From contig MU053758.1 of NCBI GenBank assembly GCA_013239625.1, forward strand, positions 2,728,001-2,792,000: a stretch of DNA of 64,000 nt, given 5' to 3'. The position numbers and the translations under genes were made by a program. The notes under the pieces were generated by a model. That model was given only the letters and a program-made list of their open reading frames with translations. It was not told the origin of the DNA and did no database searches. The DNA is from Lama guanicoe. Lineage: Eukaryota. Below are positions 28,375-39,405 of the stretch, one piece after another (position 1 is the first letter of the stretch; each line of letters begins with the position of its first letter).

Positions 28375-30169
28375 AGCCTCAGGCGGCCAGAGGGTGTGCG
28401 GAGCTGGTGGGGAGGAGCCTGGAGAGAAGGGGCAGAGCTGGGGGCTGAGGGAGACCCCCACACCTCTTCTCTCCTTCCTCTCATCCTGGGATAGATTCAG
28501 CTCCCCCACACACCCCCGCACTGCCCCGTCCCTCCTCCGAACCTCCAGCCCTGGGACAGGGCAAACAAATGAACTTGCTATGAAAAGGACAGTGTGGGAG
28601 GTGGGGGGACCGTGTCCTGCAGTGCCCAGGACCCCGTCCTCTGTCCAAGAAAGTAGGAAAAGGGAGAGAGAACTAAGAGGGGACAAGCCATCTTGACCGT
28701 AGGGGATGGAGGAATGTGGGGTGGGGGAAAATGCCCTCAACTCACCCCCTACACACACACAAGAGAGAGCCCCTTCCACCCAGTTTCTTGGCCTAGGTTC
28801 CCCCTCCAGGCTATAAGGGCCTCTCTGCTTCCCCAGATGCCTGGGTGCAAAGAAAGGCTTGGCTTGGCTCCTCCCCTGGAGGTTAAAAATTACCTTGCAC
28901 TTTGGAAACCAGGCAAGGAGAAAAGATAAATGAAGAAATACTAGACAGAAGAAAAGAGTGTGAGGGATTGATAGAGAGAGAGAGATGATATTAAGTTATT
29001 AACTGAGGCTGGCCAGAGGGGAGGATGCCCCCTCCCACCCCCCAAGCACTTTGAGAGCTGCCCCTCCTCCCCGCAAATCAGAGAGAACTGCCCCCCCCAC
29101 CAGGTCCCCAAGGGTAGGGCTGCCGAACAGAGCTGTGAGTTCATACAACAGGGTCCTGGCCACCCCTCCTTGCCCCTCCCTCTGTGCCCATTTGGCACCC
29201 CCACCCCCATTCTCCCTCTGCTCTCTGCCACTCGTGCCCGCTGAGTTCCATCTACCTCTCACGCTGGATGCCAGCTGGCCCCTCACCAGCCTGCCCTGCT
29301 GCCCACACAGCTCCCCTTTCAAGTGCCCAGCCCCAGGGGCCTCTCCCTGCCCCCCCCACTCCTTCCCCACCTTGGCACCCACACAGGAAAAACTGTGGCT
29401 CAAGCTCCCGCCCTCCTCACATCCTGCAGTATTAGCTACAATCCAGATGCTGCTGCACTGGGGGGCAGGGGGTGGGTGTGCGTGAGCTTCTCCCACAGCC
29501 TCCACCCCCTTAGGCCTCGGTTTCCATCCATCTGCTGGGCTCTCTCTAACCCCTGCCCTCCTCCTCTCCCTCTCCCACTCCACGCACTAACCCAGACTCT
29601 GCTCTGGGCAGGCAGGCACCAGAATGGGGATGCTTAGAGAAAAGGCACTTAGTCGAAGCCCCGGGGGAGGGGGCGGTTGGTGCTCCTCCTTTTTCCTTTG
29701 AAGCTCTAGGCCAGCCACCCCTGTGCCCCGGGGACCCCTTTCCCCTCTTCTTTTCTCTAATTCAGGGACTTTGGCTTGAGCCACCTCCCACCCTCCTGGT
29801 GAGGAGTGCTCTGTTGGTCTGCACTTGGGTGAGCTGCCCTCCTCCTCCTCCTCCCTTTGGCTGTCGCCCACCACCACCCCCCCCCCGCCCCGCAGGAGAG
29901 AGAGGGAGGGAGGAGGTAGCCCTCTGTGGGTTGGGGAGGGGAGGGTGGGGAGGGACAGAGCAGACCAGAGGGCCCTGGGCTCAGGGCTGCATGTCGGCAG
30001 GGATGGATGGGTGGACACAGATGCCCCAGGAAGCCATGGGGAATGGGGCAGGGGCGGGGGGAGGGGTGCCAGGGCTTCCTGCGCTTTGCACTATTGGGGC
30101 AAAAATGTCTTAAGCAGTGGGGAACCTGCCACCCCACCCTGACCCTCAGCCTGCCACAGCCCCCCTAAA

Positions 30170-30242
30170 CACATGCACACGTGTGAGTGCGCACACACAA
30201 ACACACACATACACATACACACACACACATACACACACACAC
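30170..30242. repeat. Imperfect (CA)n tract
   Basis: Read directly. Confidence 0.85.
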
Positions 30243-31560
30243 GGGAAGGCAATGCTATGCTGCCCATCAGGACATGACCTTCCCCCACTGTTCAGGTGTT
30301 CCAACGGGGTGGAGGGCCTGGGAGAGCATCCGCTATCACCTGTGCATGTGCCTGCCCTGCCCCCTTGGGCTCGTGGGCTGCCCGTGCTGTCTGTGTCTGT
30401 CTCTATCCTCTCTCTCTCCTGGGTACTGATTCCTCTATTACTCCAGTTCCATGGGTAAGCCCTCTTGTACCCTCCCACCCGCTGGGGCCCCAGTGGAATT
30501 CCTGACCTGTCTGCTGTCTCCCCCATCCCTTCATCCCCCCTCCACATTCCCATTCTCAGCCATGCACATGGTGGAGAAAAGGCCCCAAAGAGGCTTGGCC
30601 TCTGACAGGCACTTGGGAATCCCCCCTAACCTACCCCAATCATATGAGCTGTGATCCCCCACTCCTCCCCATAACCCCCAACCCTTCCCCCCCACTCTCT
30701 GTGATGTGGGGTGTATGTGTGCGTTTCTCTGTATGAATGTGTGAGCAAGTACGTGTGGTGGGGGAGGAGCTGGGGGACTCAGGAGCGCCACGCACCTGCT
30801 CTAGAGAGGCAGCTGTCCCAGTCCCTGCTTTGGAAGTGGGGGACAGGGCCCTCTCCTGGGGGCCATTGGTGCTAATGAGGGGGATGGCCTTGACGTGGGT
30901 GCTTAGCATGCCTCCCCCAATATTGGCCCGGGGCACTAGGGCAGGCAAAGTGGGGCAGCAGGTGCAGTATGGGTGGGAGGAGGGGCTGCTGGGAATAGGA
31001 GGAGGGGGCCAGGCCAGGACAAGGGGGTGCCAGAGCCATGACCACCTCCCCGCCCCACCACCCGCCTCTCCATCTCAGTATTCCCCCTCCCATCACTCAT
31101 AACACACATACCTCATCCAGCCTCCTCCCTGCTCAGACTTGGGGAGGGTGGGGGTGGAGGAGCCCCTACCCCTTCCCCTGGTGGCGGGTCTACAGGGCTG
31201 GGAGAGGGCAGGGCGTGTGACATAGACACCGTCCATAAGGGGGACAGTAATTCCTGCCCTGGGAACTCCTGGGTGGGAGGAGGGGGCACTTCCCTGGAGG
31301 CGCTACTGAATGTATGAGAAGCTGGTGCTGGGGTGGGGGGAGGGGGGTTGTGGCCAGAAACAGGGAAGGAGGTAGGTCCCTTCCCCAGGGAGGGGTGGGG
31401 CTAGTAGGGGTGACTTGGGGGGCTCCTACTCCTGCCCCACGTTGACAATCAGTATGTCTGTTATGTGCGATTTTTCACCCCGTTGTGTTTTGGGTCAGGA
31501 TTTTAAAGAAAGATATTTTTATGGTAATTGTTGCTCGTCTATTTTACTATATATTTATGT

Positions 31561-31566
31561 AATAAA
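31561..31566 (+). terminator. THRA: TRalpha1 polyadenylation signal
   Basis: AATAAA with overlapping upstream TGTA and U-rich sequence; GU-rich ttgtgtgct downstream. Confidence 0.8.
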
Positions 31567-31967
31567 TATATGATGAAAATAATCCCCTTGGGCACCCCCC
31601 CCTTAGACTTGTGTGCTGCTTCCCTGTATCCTCCCATCTGCTGGCAGAGTCCCCACCCCACAAACTGACCAGATGGAGAGGTGTGCCCCGGCCTTGGCCA
31701 TATTTCCTTCCCCCTACCCCCAAACGAGCACACACCACAGAAGCCAGCTCAGCTGTGAACTATTGGATTTGAGACAGGAATAGAACAAGTTGGGGGGCTA
31801 GAGAATAAGGGGGGGAGTGGTTTAAATAGGGGAGGCTGGGAGGTTCAGTGATGGGGGAGGGAGGCAGATATTTACAAGAAGGCTCGGGGGGCCAGAGGCT
31901 CATCTTGGAATATTTTATAACAATATAAATAAGATTCTGGTTTGCTTTTCCTTTTCGTCTCGTAAAG

Positions 31968-32330
31968 GAGAGAGAAGTGCAGAGTTCGATTCTGTACAAG
32001 GGGGCAGCGGCGGAAGGCCGGCCGGGCGGGTCACTGGGCGTCCACCCGGAAGGACAGCAGCTTCTCGGAATGCATGTTGTTCAGGGTCCGCAGGTCCGGC
32101 AGCTTGAGCAGCAGCTTGGTGAAGCGGGAAGTCTCCAAGGGCCGGTTCTTCAGCACCAGAGCCCGAAGAGCCCGCAGCAGCGTCTCCTGGAGCTGCTCCA
32201 CCGAAGCGGAATTCTCCATGCCCGAGCGGTCTGTGGGGAAGACGACAGCAGTGAGGCAGGCTCCCTGAGCTCCTCTGACGAGGACCCCGAGGTCTGCGAG
32301 GACGCGGCGGGCCATGCAGCCTCTCCCTGA
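31968..32330 (+). CDS. THRA: TRalpha2-specific exon 10 ([12 protein letters not shown]...GHAASP; 490 aa total); alternative acceptor at 32085 gives TRalpha3
   Basis: Acceptor ttttccttttcgtctcgtaaag; 363 nt open frame; second acceptor ttcag at 32083-32084 is 117 nt downstream and in frame. Confidence 0.95.
   Translation, partial: EREVQSSILYKGAAAEGRPGGSLGVHPEGQQLLGMHVVQGPQVRQLEQQLGEAGSLQGPVLQHQSPKSPQQRLLELLHRSGILHARAVCGEDDSSEAGSLSSSDEDPEVCEDAAGHAASP
32031..32230 (-). CDS. NR1D1: Rev-erb alpha exon 8, last coding exon (614 aa total)
   Basis: [15 protein letters not shown]...[16 protein letters not shown] then TGA; coding exons sum to 1845 nt; no helix 12; heme-ligand His present. Confidence 0.98.
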
Positions 32331-32509
32331 AGCCCCTCCGGGGGCCGACGGGGAAGGAGGCGGAGGAGGGACACGACTCCTTCTCCCTCCCAGGCCTCTG
32401 ACCCCAGAGCAGGAGGTGCCTGAGAGCTGGGAGCGTGGGCTCAGCAGGGCTGGTCACCTCCCACCCCACCAGGCCACCCTCCTTCCCTGAACAGGCCGAG
32501 CACGCCCAG

Positions 32510-32835
32510 GCTTGCTTGCTTTTTGCTCTGTAGTGCCCTCTGCCTGGGATGCCCTTCCCCCTCTCTCTGCCTGGCAATATCTTTACTTGTCCTTTGAGGC
32601 CCCACTCAAGTGTCACCTCCTTCCCCAGCTCCCCAGGCAGAAATAGTTGTGTGTGCTTCCAAAGCCCTTGGTTCATGCTTCTACTGTGACACTTATCTCA
32701 CTGTTTTATAATTAGTCGGGCATGAGTCTTGTCTCCCAAGCTAGACTGTGTCTGAATCATGTCTGTATCCCCAGTGCCCAGTGCGGGGCCTGGCATAGAG
32801 TAGGTACTCCATAAAAGGTGTGTTGAATCGAACTG
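32510..32835 (+). mobile_element. L2 LINE 3' end in the TRalpha2 3' UTR / NR1D1 intron 7
   Basis: ccctctgcctgggatgcccttcccc...tcaagtgtcacctcc...ctagactgt...tgtatccccagtgccc...gcctggcatagagtaggtactccataaa...tgttgaat follows the L2 terminus. Confidence 0.75.
32810..32815 (+). terminator. THRA: Probable TRalpha2 poly(A) signal (variant CATAAA)
   Basis: Best poly(A)-like hexamer between the TRalpha2 stop and NR1D1 exon 7; occupies the L2 AATAAA position. Confidence 0.6.
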
Positions 32836-32881
32836 CGTCCGCCTCCTCCCCGGGTCAGGCTCAGGCGAGAGCCTGACGTAC

Positions 32882-33092
32882 CTGCAGAGACGAGCACCAC
32901 CGCGGTGAAGAGGCCCAGCTCCTCCTCGGTAAGCGCCAGGGAGTTGAGCTTCTCACTGAAGTCGAACATGGCGTTGAGCAGGTCGCCCATGCCCATGGCG
33001 CCAAGCTCCTGCAGGCTGTAGGTGGTGCGGCTCAGAAACATCACTGTCTGGTCCTTCACGTTGAACAGCGACGCGAAGCGCACCATCAGCAC
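32882..33092 (-). CDS. NR1D1: NR1D1 exon 7
   Basis: VLMVRFASLF...LFTAVVLVSA; 211 nt, AG/GT bounded. Confidence 0.98.
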
Positions 33093-33615
33093 CTAAAGCA
33101 GGGACAGTCATCCTGGGTGGGGTGGAAGGAGCACTTGCCAGATCGCCCCTAAAGTTTTCCAAAGGGGTGACTGATGCTGCTTTAGATTTCTCAGTCAAGA
33201 GTGGGGCTAGTTTCTAAGTGAGCAATGGGTGGGGGTGGGGGGCCCAGGTGGAAGGATGGGGAACATCTCATTGGCTTTGGAATCCAGCAGGCCTGAATCT
33301 GAGTCTCAGCCTTATCACTCCTTGTGACCCTGGGCAAGGCACTTCACCCGAATTAATTTGCTCATGCCTAGAACGGGGGTAGTGCTGTACCCTAAAGTTA
33401 TTTTAAGGTAATAGGATGTGATTAGACCCCAGCTGAGATGGCAGAAGCCCCAGCCGTCCACAGGCAGGACTGGGAGGGAGCCTGCCCCCTCCTTCATCAG
33501 TCAAGAGTAAGGACAAAAATCCTGGGGTTTCAGGGCCTCTGCTCATCCCAGACACCCAGCCTTTCTGCTGGATCCTTCCCAAAGTCAAGAGCAGGGAGTG
33601 CAAAGGGTCACTCAC

Positions 33616-33801
33616 CTCAAAGGTGCCAGCCTTAAGCAGGGTGACCTGGTCGTGCTGAGAAAGATCACGGAAGCCAGGGATGTGCTTGGCAAACTCTACA
33701 ACCTCCCGCACAGCGGGCGTGAAGCTCATGGAGAAATCCTCCCAGATCTCTTGCACAGTCCGCCCGCTGCGTCCGTGCGGGTACATATTCATGGGACATG
33801 C
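33616..33801 (-). CDS. NR1D1: NR1D1 exon 6
   Basis: ACPMNMYPHG...LLKAGTFE; 186 nt; heme-ligand Cys-Pro. Confidence 0.98.
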
Positions 33802-34087
33802 CTGGAGAAGGAAGGAATTTGGAGAGTATCAGCCAGATTGGCTCAGATGGGCTCCCCCAGCACCTCTGGGCCCCAGATTCTGCCTGGGTTAGAGTTGGGG
33901 CCCTGGAGGATGGGTCTGTCAGGTAGAGTAGCAATCAGGTGCCAGGTGGAGATCAGGGATTCCCAGGCAGAGCCCTGCCTCCAAGGCTGAGCATCCTCCC
34001 TGCACTTAGCCTCCGAGCACACCCAGTGGCCCTGTGCTAAGTGCAGTCTCCCAGGCCCCCTGCCCACCTCGCCCCCAGTGCCCTCAC

Positions 34088-34728
34088 CAGCAGAACGTTC
34101 TTGGAGTTGCCCTGTCGCAGACTGTTGGCAGGTGCTTCGCCTTCTGGGGTTGGGTACACATGGGTGGGGCATAACCGGTGCCCGTTGCTGTTGGGCTGGT
34201 GGCAGCTGTGGTGGGCAGGGCCAGGGGGCCAGGCGGGAGGGTAGGCAGAGGGAGCCTGGCGTAATCCATTCAGAGCCTCGTTATGACGCTGGGCAGCCAT
34301 GATGTTGTCATTGGGGGCAGGTGGGCAGCCCTGACTTTCCCAGCAATGTGGGGTGGTGGCTAGAGGGCTGCCTGAGGCATGGTTGGCATTGAAGTTGCCA
34401 GGTGAGCTGCCCAGCTTGTCGTGGGCGTAGGTGAAGATCTCTCGGTGGGCCCGAGCTACCTGGGATATCACATCCTCCACTGTGGGCTCCGGACTTGGGG
34501 ATCGGGGGGGAGTCAGCTGTTGTGGGAACTGGGGGAAGCCCACCAGAGGGGAAGGGGCTGGAGCCGGAGGTGGTGAGGGGCCCAGGGGGCCCGGGGTGGG
34601 GTGCGGGGTGGGCGAGGTCTCCAGCGGGCACTGGCTGCTCAGCTGGTTGTTGGCCAGGTTCATGGCACTCTGCATCTCGGCCAGCATCCGCTGCTTCTCT
34701 CGTTTGGGGATGCGCCCAAAACGCACAG
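34088..34728 (-). CDS. NR1D1: NR1D1 exon 5 (CTE and hinge)
   Basis: VRFGRIPKREKQRM...NSKNVLL; 641 nt. Confidence 0.98.
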
Positions 34729-35067
34729 CTGTGGCAGGATAAGAGCAGTGTCAGAAAGTTCTCTTACACGCTCACATGCTTCCTTCCTTCCTCCTGAAAG
34801 GGCAAGACCCTTCGGGCTGGGGCTTCCACGTCAAAACCAAAACCCACAAGGCCACACTCATCGAGGGGGTTTTCCAAGTAGGAATTGGTGACCGGAGGGA
34901 CTAATGGGAAAGAAGCATGTGTTTACCCAAAAGGATGAAATCCGGGCATTCCCTATGCAAATGAGATGCATGGTATTGGGACTTTTTAAGGGCGGGATTA
35001 ATTCAGAAACTTAAGTGGCAGAAGGGGTGGGCGCGGGGATGCTCATGGGGCAACCGCACTGCCTCAC

Positions 35068-35212
35068 CATCTCGAGACATGCCCACGGAGAGACACTTCT
35101 TGAAGCGACACTGCTGGCAGCGGTTGCGATTGATGCGGACGATGGAGCAGTTCTCGTTTTTCAGACACCTTTTGTATTGGATGTTCTGCTGGATGCTCCG
35201 ACGGAAAAAGCC
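35068..35212 (-). CDS. NR1D1: NR1D1 exon 4, second zinc finger
   Basis: [48 protein letters not shown]; 145 nt. Confidence 0.98.
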
Positions 35213-35300
35213 CTGTCGAGCAGGGGCAGCTAGTGAGCATCTCCGTCCAGGCCAGGCCTATGTGTCCTGTGGTCCCTGCCCTGACCCCACCCCGCCTCAC

Positions 35301-35389
35301 CTTGCAGCCCTCACAGGCATGCACGCCGTAGTGGAAACCCGAAGCGACGTCCCCACACACTTTACACAGTAGCACCATGCCATTCAGCT
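35301..35389 (-). CDS. NR1D1: NR1D1 exon 3, first zinc finger
   Basis: [29 protein letters not shown]; 89 nt. Confidence 0.98.
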
Positions 35390-35655
35390 CTGTGGGAAGA
35401 GACGGGGCAGCAGGTGAACAGGAGGGGTATCTGAGTGGCCAGAGAGGTGGAGGTTTCCTGGGCTGGAGATTGGGATGGGGTAAAGCTGAATCTAGGGGGC
35501 ACTTGAATGACCAGACTGGGCTGACAGCAGCTGGTGAAACTCTAGGAGAGATCCCTGAGGCCAGGCCCTGGGAGTAACTGTGTCACGTGAACATCAACTC
35601 CCCACCTAGGCCTGGACACCTTCCCTTCCCCAAAATTGGCTGGAAATTTACTCAC

Positions 35656-35997
35656 TGGTGATGTTGCCGGTGCTCTTGCTGGGGGACACTCGGTTGCTGT
35701 CTTCCAGGGCCACTTGTAGACCCCCTGGGGGGCTCCCATTATAGAAGGAGGAAGAGGAGGATGAGGAGGAGGAAGATGAAGATGAAGGGGAACCATCGTC
35801 ACCCAAGCTGGATGGAATGCTCCCAAAGGAGCGAGCTGGGTCCTGGGTGAGGGAGCCAGTGGGTGATGGTGGGAAGTAGGTGGGGCAGCCTTGGTTCAGG
35901 GACTGGAAGCTGCCATTCGAGCTATCACTGTAGAGGGACTCAGGGCTGGTGCGGCTTGGGGAGGAGCCACTGGAGCCAATGTAGGTGATGACGCCAC
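35656..35997 (-). CDS. NR1D1: NR1D1 exon 2 (Ser-rich A/B domain)
   Basis: GVITYIGSSGSSPSRTSPESLYSDSSNGSFQS...KSTGNIT; 342 nt. Confidence 0.97.
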
Positions 35998-37739
35998 CTG
36001 GCAGGAGAATAAAAAGGAAAGGGGTGTCAAGGGCCATATATGGTCCTAGGGCACCACTCTGCTCATCCCCCACCTGCCTCCCCAAAACACTGTTGGACAT
36101 TCAGAAGTTAACCACGTGGAACCCCTAATCTTGGAGTCCCTGGAAGAGCCACAATAAGCAATGTCCCAGCACATACCAGACATGGCCAACCAACCCCTGC
36201 AACTCTTGGCAGGTACATTCGGTGCTGCTTTGGGTGTGAGGTACCTCCCAAGAGGCATGACCCCTGTGATGTTCTGAGTATCTCACATTTGTACAGCCCC
36301 TGCCTGCCCTCCACTCCCCCATCCCCGGCCCCTGGATGTCTTCCTTTAGAATATCAAATGCAGATAATGATTTAATTGTCAGCAGCTGACCTGGGGATGG
36401 GATGAGCAGCTGAAAACCATTCATAATGCCCAGGCTTCAAAAAAAACAGCTGCCGATTTTAACACCAAGACCATTCCAGGGATGAGACCATGGAGGAGCA
36501 GCTGGCCAACAGTGAGGAGAGGAGAGTGGAGGTCTTACAAGAGTAAGACAGTCGCAACCCCTCAAAACTGGAAGACATATTCTCGGAAGGTACTGAACCT
36601 GTTCCCCTGTCCTCCAAGATCGAGAGTCAGAGAGGACTCTATCTCTGAATCCAGGAAGGACTTAGTGCAAGTTGCCGGAGGTGGAAGTGAAGGACAAACT
36701 GTCCAGCCGAAGGCTTTGGAATTCCCCCTTCCAGATCGCTCAGCCTGGTGACAACGACCTTGGTTCTCTGGCTATTCAGGGACTTTGGCCCTCTAGTTAT
36801 ATTGCCAACCAGGTACCCGTGCTCCCATTGCATTAGCAGGAGAAAAAGGTGACCTGCCTGCCACACCTTTGCCAAATACCTAGCTCAGCCTGCCATGGAT
36901 TGGGTGGGAGAAGGGAGGATCCCAGGACACGTGTGAGCTGACACAGTCCATTCTACGTGTCTACAGAGGCACATGTCTTGCTCACCCACTGACACACACT
37001 AAGCTGGGCAGGGCAACCCTAAAATAGCTCAAGGTTGGTCAGGGTGAACCTAGTTCCCTGTAAAATAGTTGCACAACAGATCAGCTCCTACAGTTTCAGG
37101 GCTGAGGTGGGGGGATGGGATATTTATTTGGTGGTAAATGAATCTGACCTAGTTCAGCCATCCCCAAAAAGGGAGTTAAGACTTTCATCCAAAGAGACTT
37201 CCAACCTCGAAGTGAGGGGTACACTCAAAAGAGTCTAGTTTTAGTTCTGCAGCTATCACCACCAACTTGATTTGTGACCTAGAGGAAATCAACTCCCTTC
37301 TCTGGGTCTGTTTTCTTTTCTGTTGGGGGAAAAAAAAAAAAGAAAGAAAAAGATGAAAGAGACGATCTCTTTTCAGCTATTATTTTGGGGGAAGTCCTTA
37401 GAAGGCAAACTGCTTCTTGTTTGGTCAGGGTACAGGTAAGACAGTGTTTGCAGAACTAAGATGCTTGGGGAACAGAAAGAATCTGTAATATGGGGAAGCT
37501 GAGTCTAAAGGCAGGTCAGTGAGGTGGGTGCAAAGAGAATAAAGAGGAAAGGAATGAGAAGAGTGACTAGATGTGAGGTCCCTTTGAGGAGTGTAAACAT
37601 GAGGCCACGAGAGGTCAGGGATGGCTCCATATAACTCTGCATCGGTTATGGGGAAGGGGGGGCCCCGGAGCCAGGCGGACAGGAAAAAGAGGCAGGCGGG
37701 GGCGGTGAGTCAGCCCAGCTTCACCCAGATCTTGGCAGG

Positions 37740-38100
37740 GCGGGGCGGGAGCCGGGCCCTCAGCCGGCCTCACGTCCCAGCTCCACGTGTGCCTCTTGCA
37801 CGTGGCTCCCCAACGAGGAACCCCAGAACCCGAGGCCCCGCCCTCTCCGCTTGCCGTCAATCGAGAGCAGCAGCCCCGCCCCCGTCCCTCCCCTCCTCGG
37901 AGTCCGAGGTCCGAGTCTCCGGCAGAGTGCCGAACGCCAGCTGGGCCGGGACTACTGAGGGGAGGAGAGAAAGGAACACGCGTTGCCAGGGCAACCGGGG
38001 GCGGAGCTCATTATGTAACGGGGCCGGGAGGCAACCACCAATGGGGTGACGGCCACGGCTTCTGCTGAATGAAAACAAACGCAGCACGTGGGCCCGGCTC
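37740..38100. promoter_or_regulatory. NR1D1: NR1D1 intron 1 circadian enhancer or internal promoter
   Basis: CACGTG at 37784, 37799, 38085; CACGCG at 37977; X-box 37982-37995; GC box; D-box TTATGTAA 38011-38018; CCAAT at 38038. Confidence 0.8.
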
Positions 38101-38715
38101 TGCAGCCATGTGAGCGCTCCCGGCCGCCTGGACGCTCTGGGTGTCCTCCCTAGGGCAGAGCACCACTCTCGGGGCTCCTTTTGTGCCGCTCCCTACAGTC
38201 ACTGAGGATTTCCCAGTGAGATCCGACCCATTCCCCCAGCCCCTCCTGCCTGGAACCCAGATCGCTCCACTGCTTCTCAAGTTCCCCCGAGCCTGCAGGA
38301 ACTAAGGGAAAAAGAAGGAGGGGGTCCTCCTTCCGAGAAGTCCAGGCATGCCACAGCTGCAGGGGGTGGACAAGATGGGGCGTTTCGGGGCACTGCTCCA
38401 AAGCTCCCAGTTCCTCTAAACTGTTTATCTCACCACATGTACCCGCTTTTCATTTCCTCCTTCCCCGAGATTCGGGTCCCTCAGGCTACAGGGAGCTCTG
38501 GGACTCTGAGGGGTGTCGCGGGGGTGCCTCCGGGCGTATTCCCAGGGTGAACAATCCGCTCTGGAAATCCCAGCCTATGGCCCCCACCACGCTAGCAAAT
38601 CCTCAGGCCGAGGGAGTCCCCAGTCCCTTACAAAGTTCCTCTTGTTCTAAGGCTTAGATGGAGGAGAGGAGACAGTGACAGAAAAAGAATGATGATAGCA
38701 AAGGAAGCTTAGTAC

Positions 38716-38746
38716 CTGTGTTGTTGTTGGAGTCCAGGGTCGTCAT
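38716..38746 (-). CDS. NR1D1: NR1D1 exon 1, coding part (MTTLDSNNNT); exon extends to about 39370
   Basis: ATG at 38746-38744, donor G|gtact at 38715; 31 nt. Confidence 0.97.
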
Positions 38747-39385
38747 GTCTTCACCGGCTGACAGCGGTCATTCAAACTGGACCTTGACACAAACTGGAGG
38801 TTACAATTGCCCCTGTCGCCCCCTGGGCACTGGCCGAGGGCGGGGAGTGGACCCTGCGGCTCACGATCAGGATCCGAGGCACCCTGCAGCAAGGTCTTGG
38901 GGTGGCGGGACTGCAGCCCTGCAGAAGGGTAGGACGCTGAGGCAACGGAGGTCTGCTTTGCATGGGAAGAGCAGAGAGACTGTGGGGGAAGGGGGCGGGG
39001 GGAATCAGCCTGCAGTAGTTCTGGCTAGAAGGTAGCACGGAGGGTCGGTTCTCTGCAGTGCGCGGGGTGCCACAGCCTGACGGCTCCGCAGCGCTGCAGG
39101 GTAGCGAATCTGGAGCTCCCGGTGCACAAGTCCCAGAGGGAGAGAGGTTGCAGTCAGGAAGTAAGTAGGTGATGGGGAGAAACGGGGCACCCAGGCGCAA
39201 AGAAGCGAGACGTGTGCCCTGCTACGTTCCCTCGGCGGCAATATTTCACTCTGCCAGTCTCAGCCGCCTTTTGCCCCAGCCTTTTTCCCTGGGACAGAGG
39301 GCTCTGCGCAGGCGCCAGCAACCCAGGGTTCCCGGGCCGCACGCGGCACTGGAGCAGGTACCATGTGATCCCAGGGAGCGCCTCG

Positions 39386-39405
39386 TGCCCCAGTGACACA
39401 CTTTT
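39386..39405 (-). promoter_or_regulatory. NR1D1: Rev-DR2 autoregulatory element
   Basis: Minus strand AAAAGT GTGTCA CT GGGGCA, the known NR1D1 promoter DR2. Confidence 0.88.

Larger units (their letters stand above)
28375..31590 (+). other. THRA: TRalpha1 long 3' UTR, which is also the TRalpha2 last intron
   Basis: Runs from the TRalpha1 stop to AATAAA at 31561; end approximate. Confidence 0.75.

Noticed and set aside
31915..32676. 253-aa minus-strand ORF suggesting a third coding frame in the overlap
   Set aside because: Starts within L2-derived intronic sequence, no promoter or splice evidence, and GC richness explains the open frame
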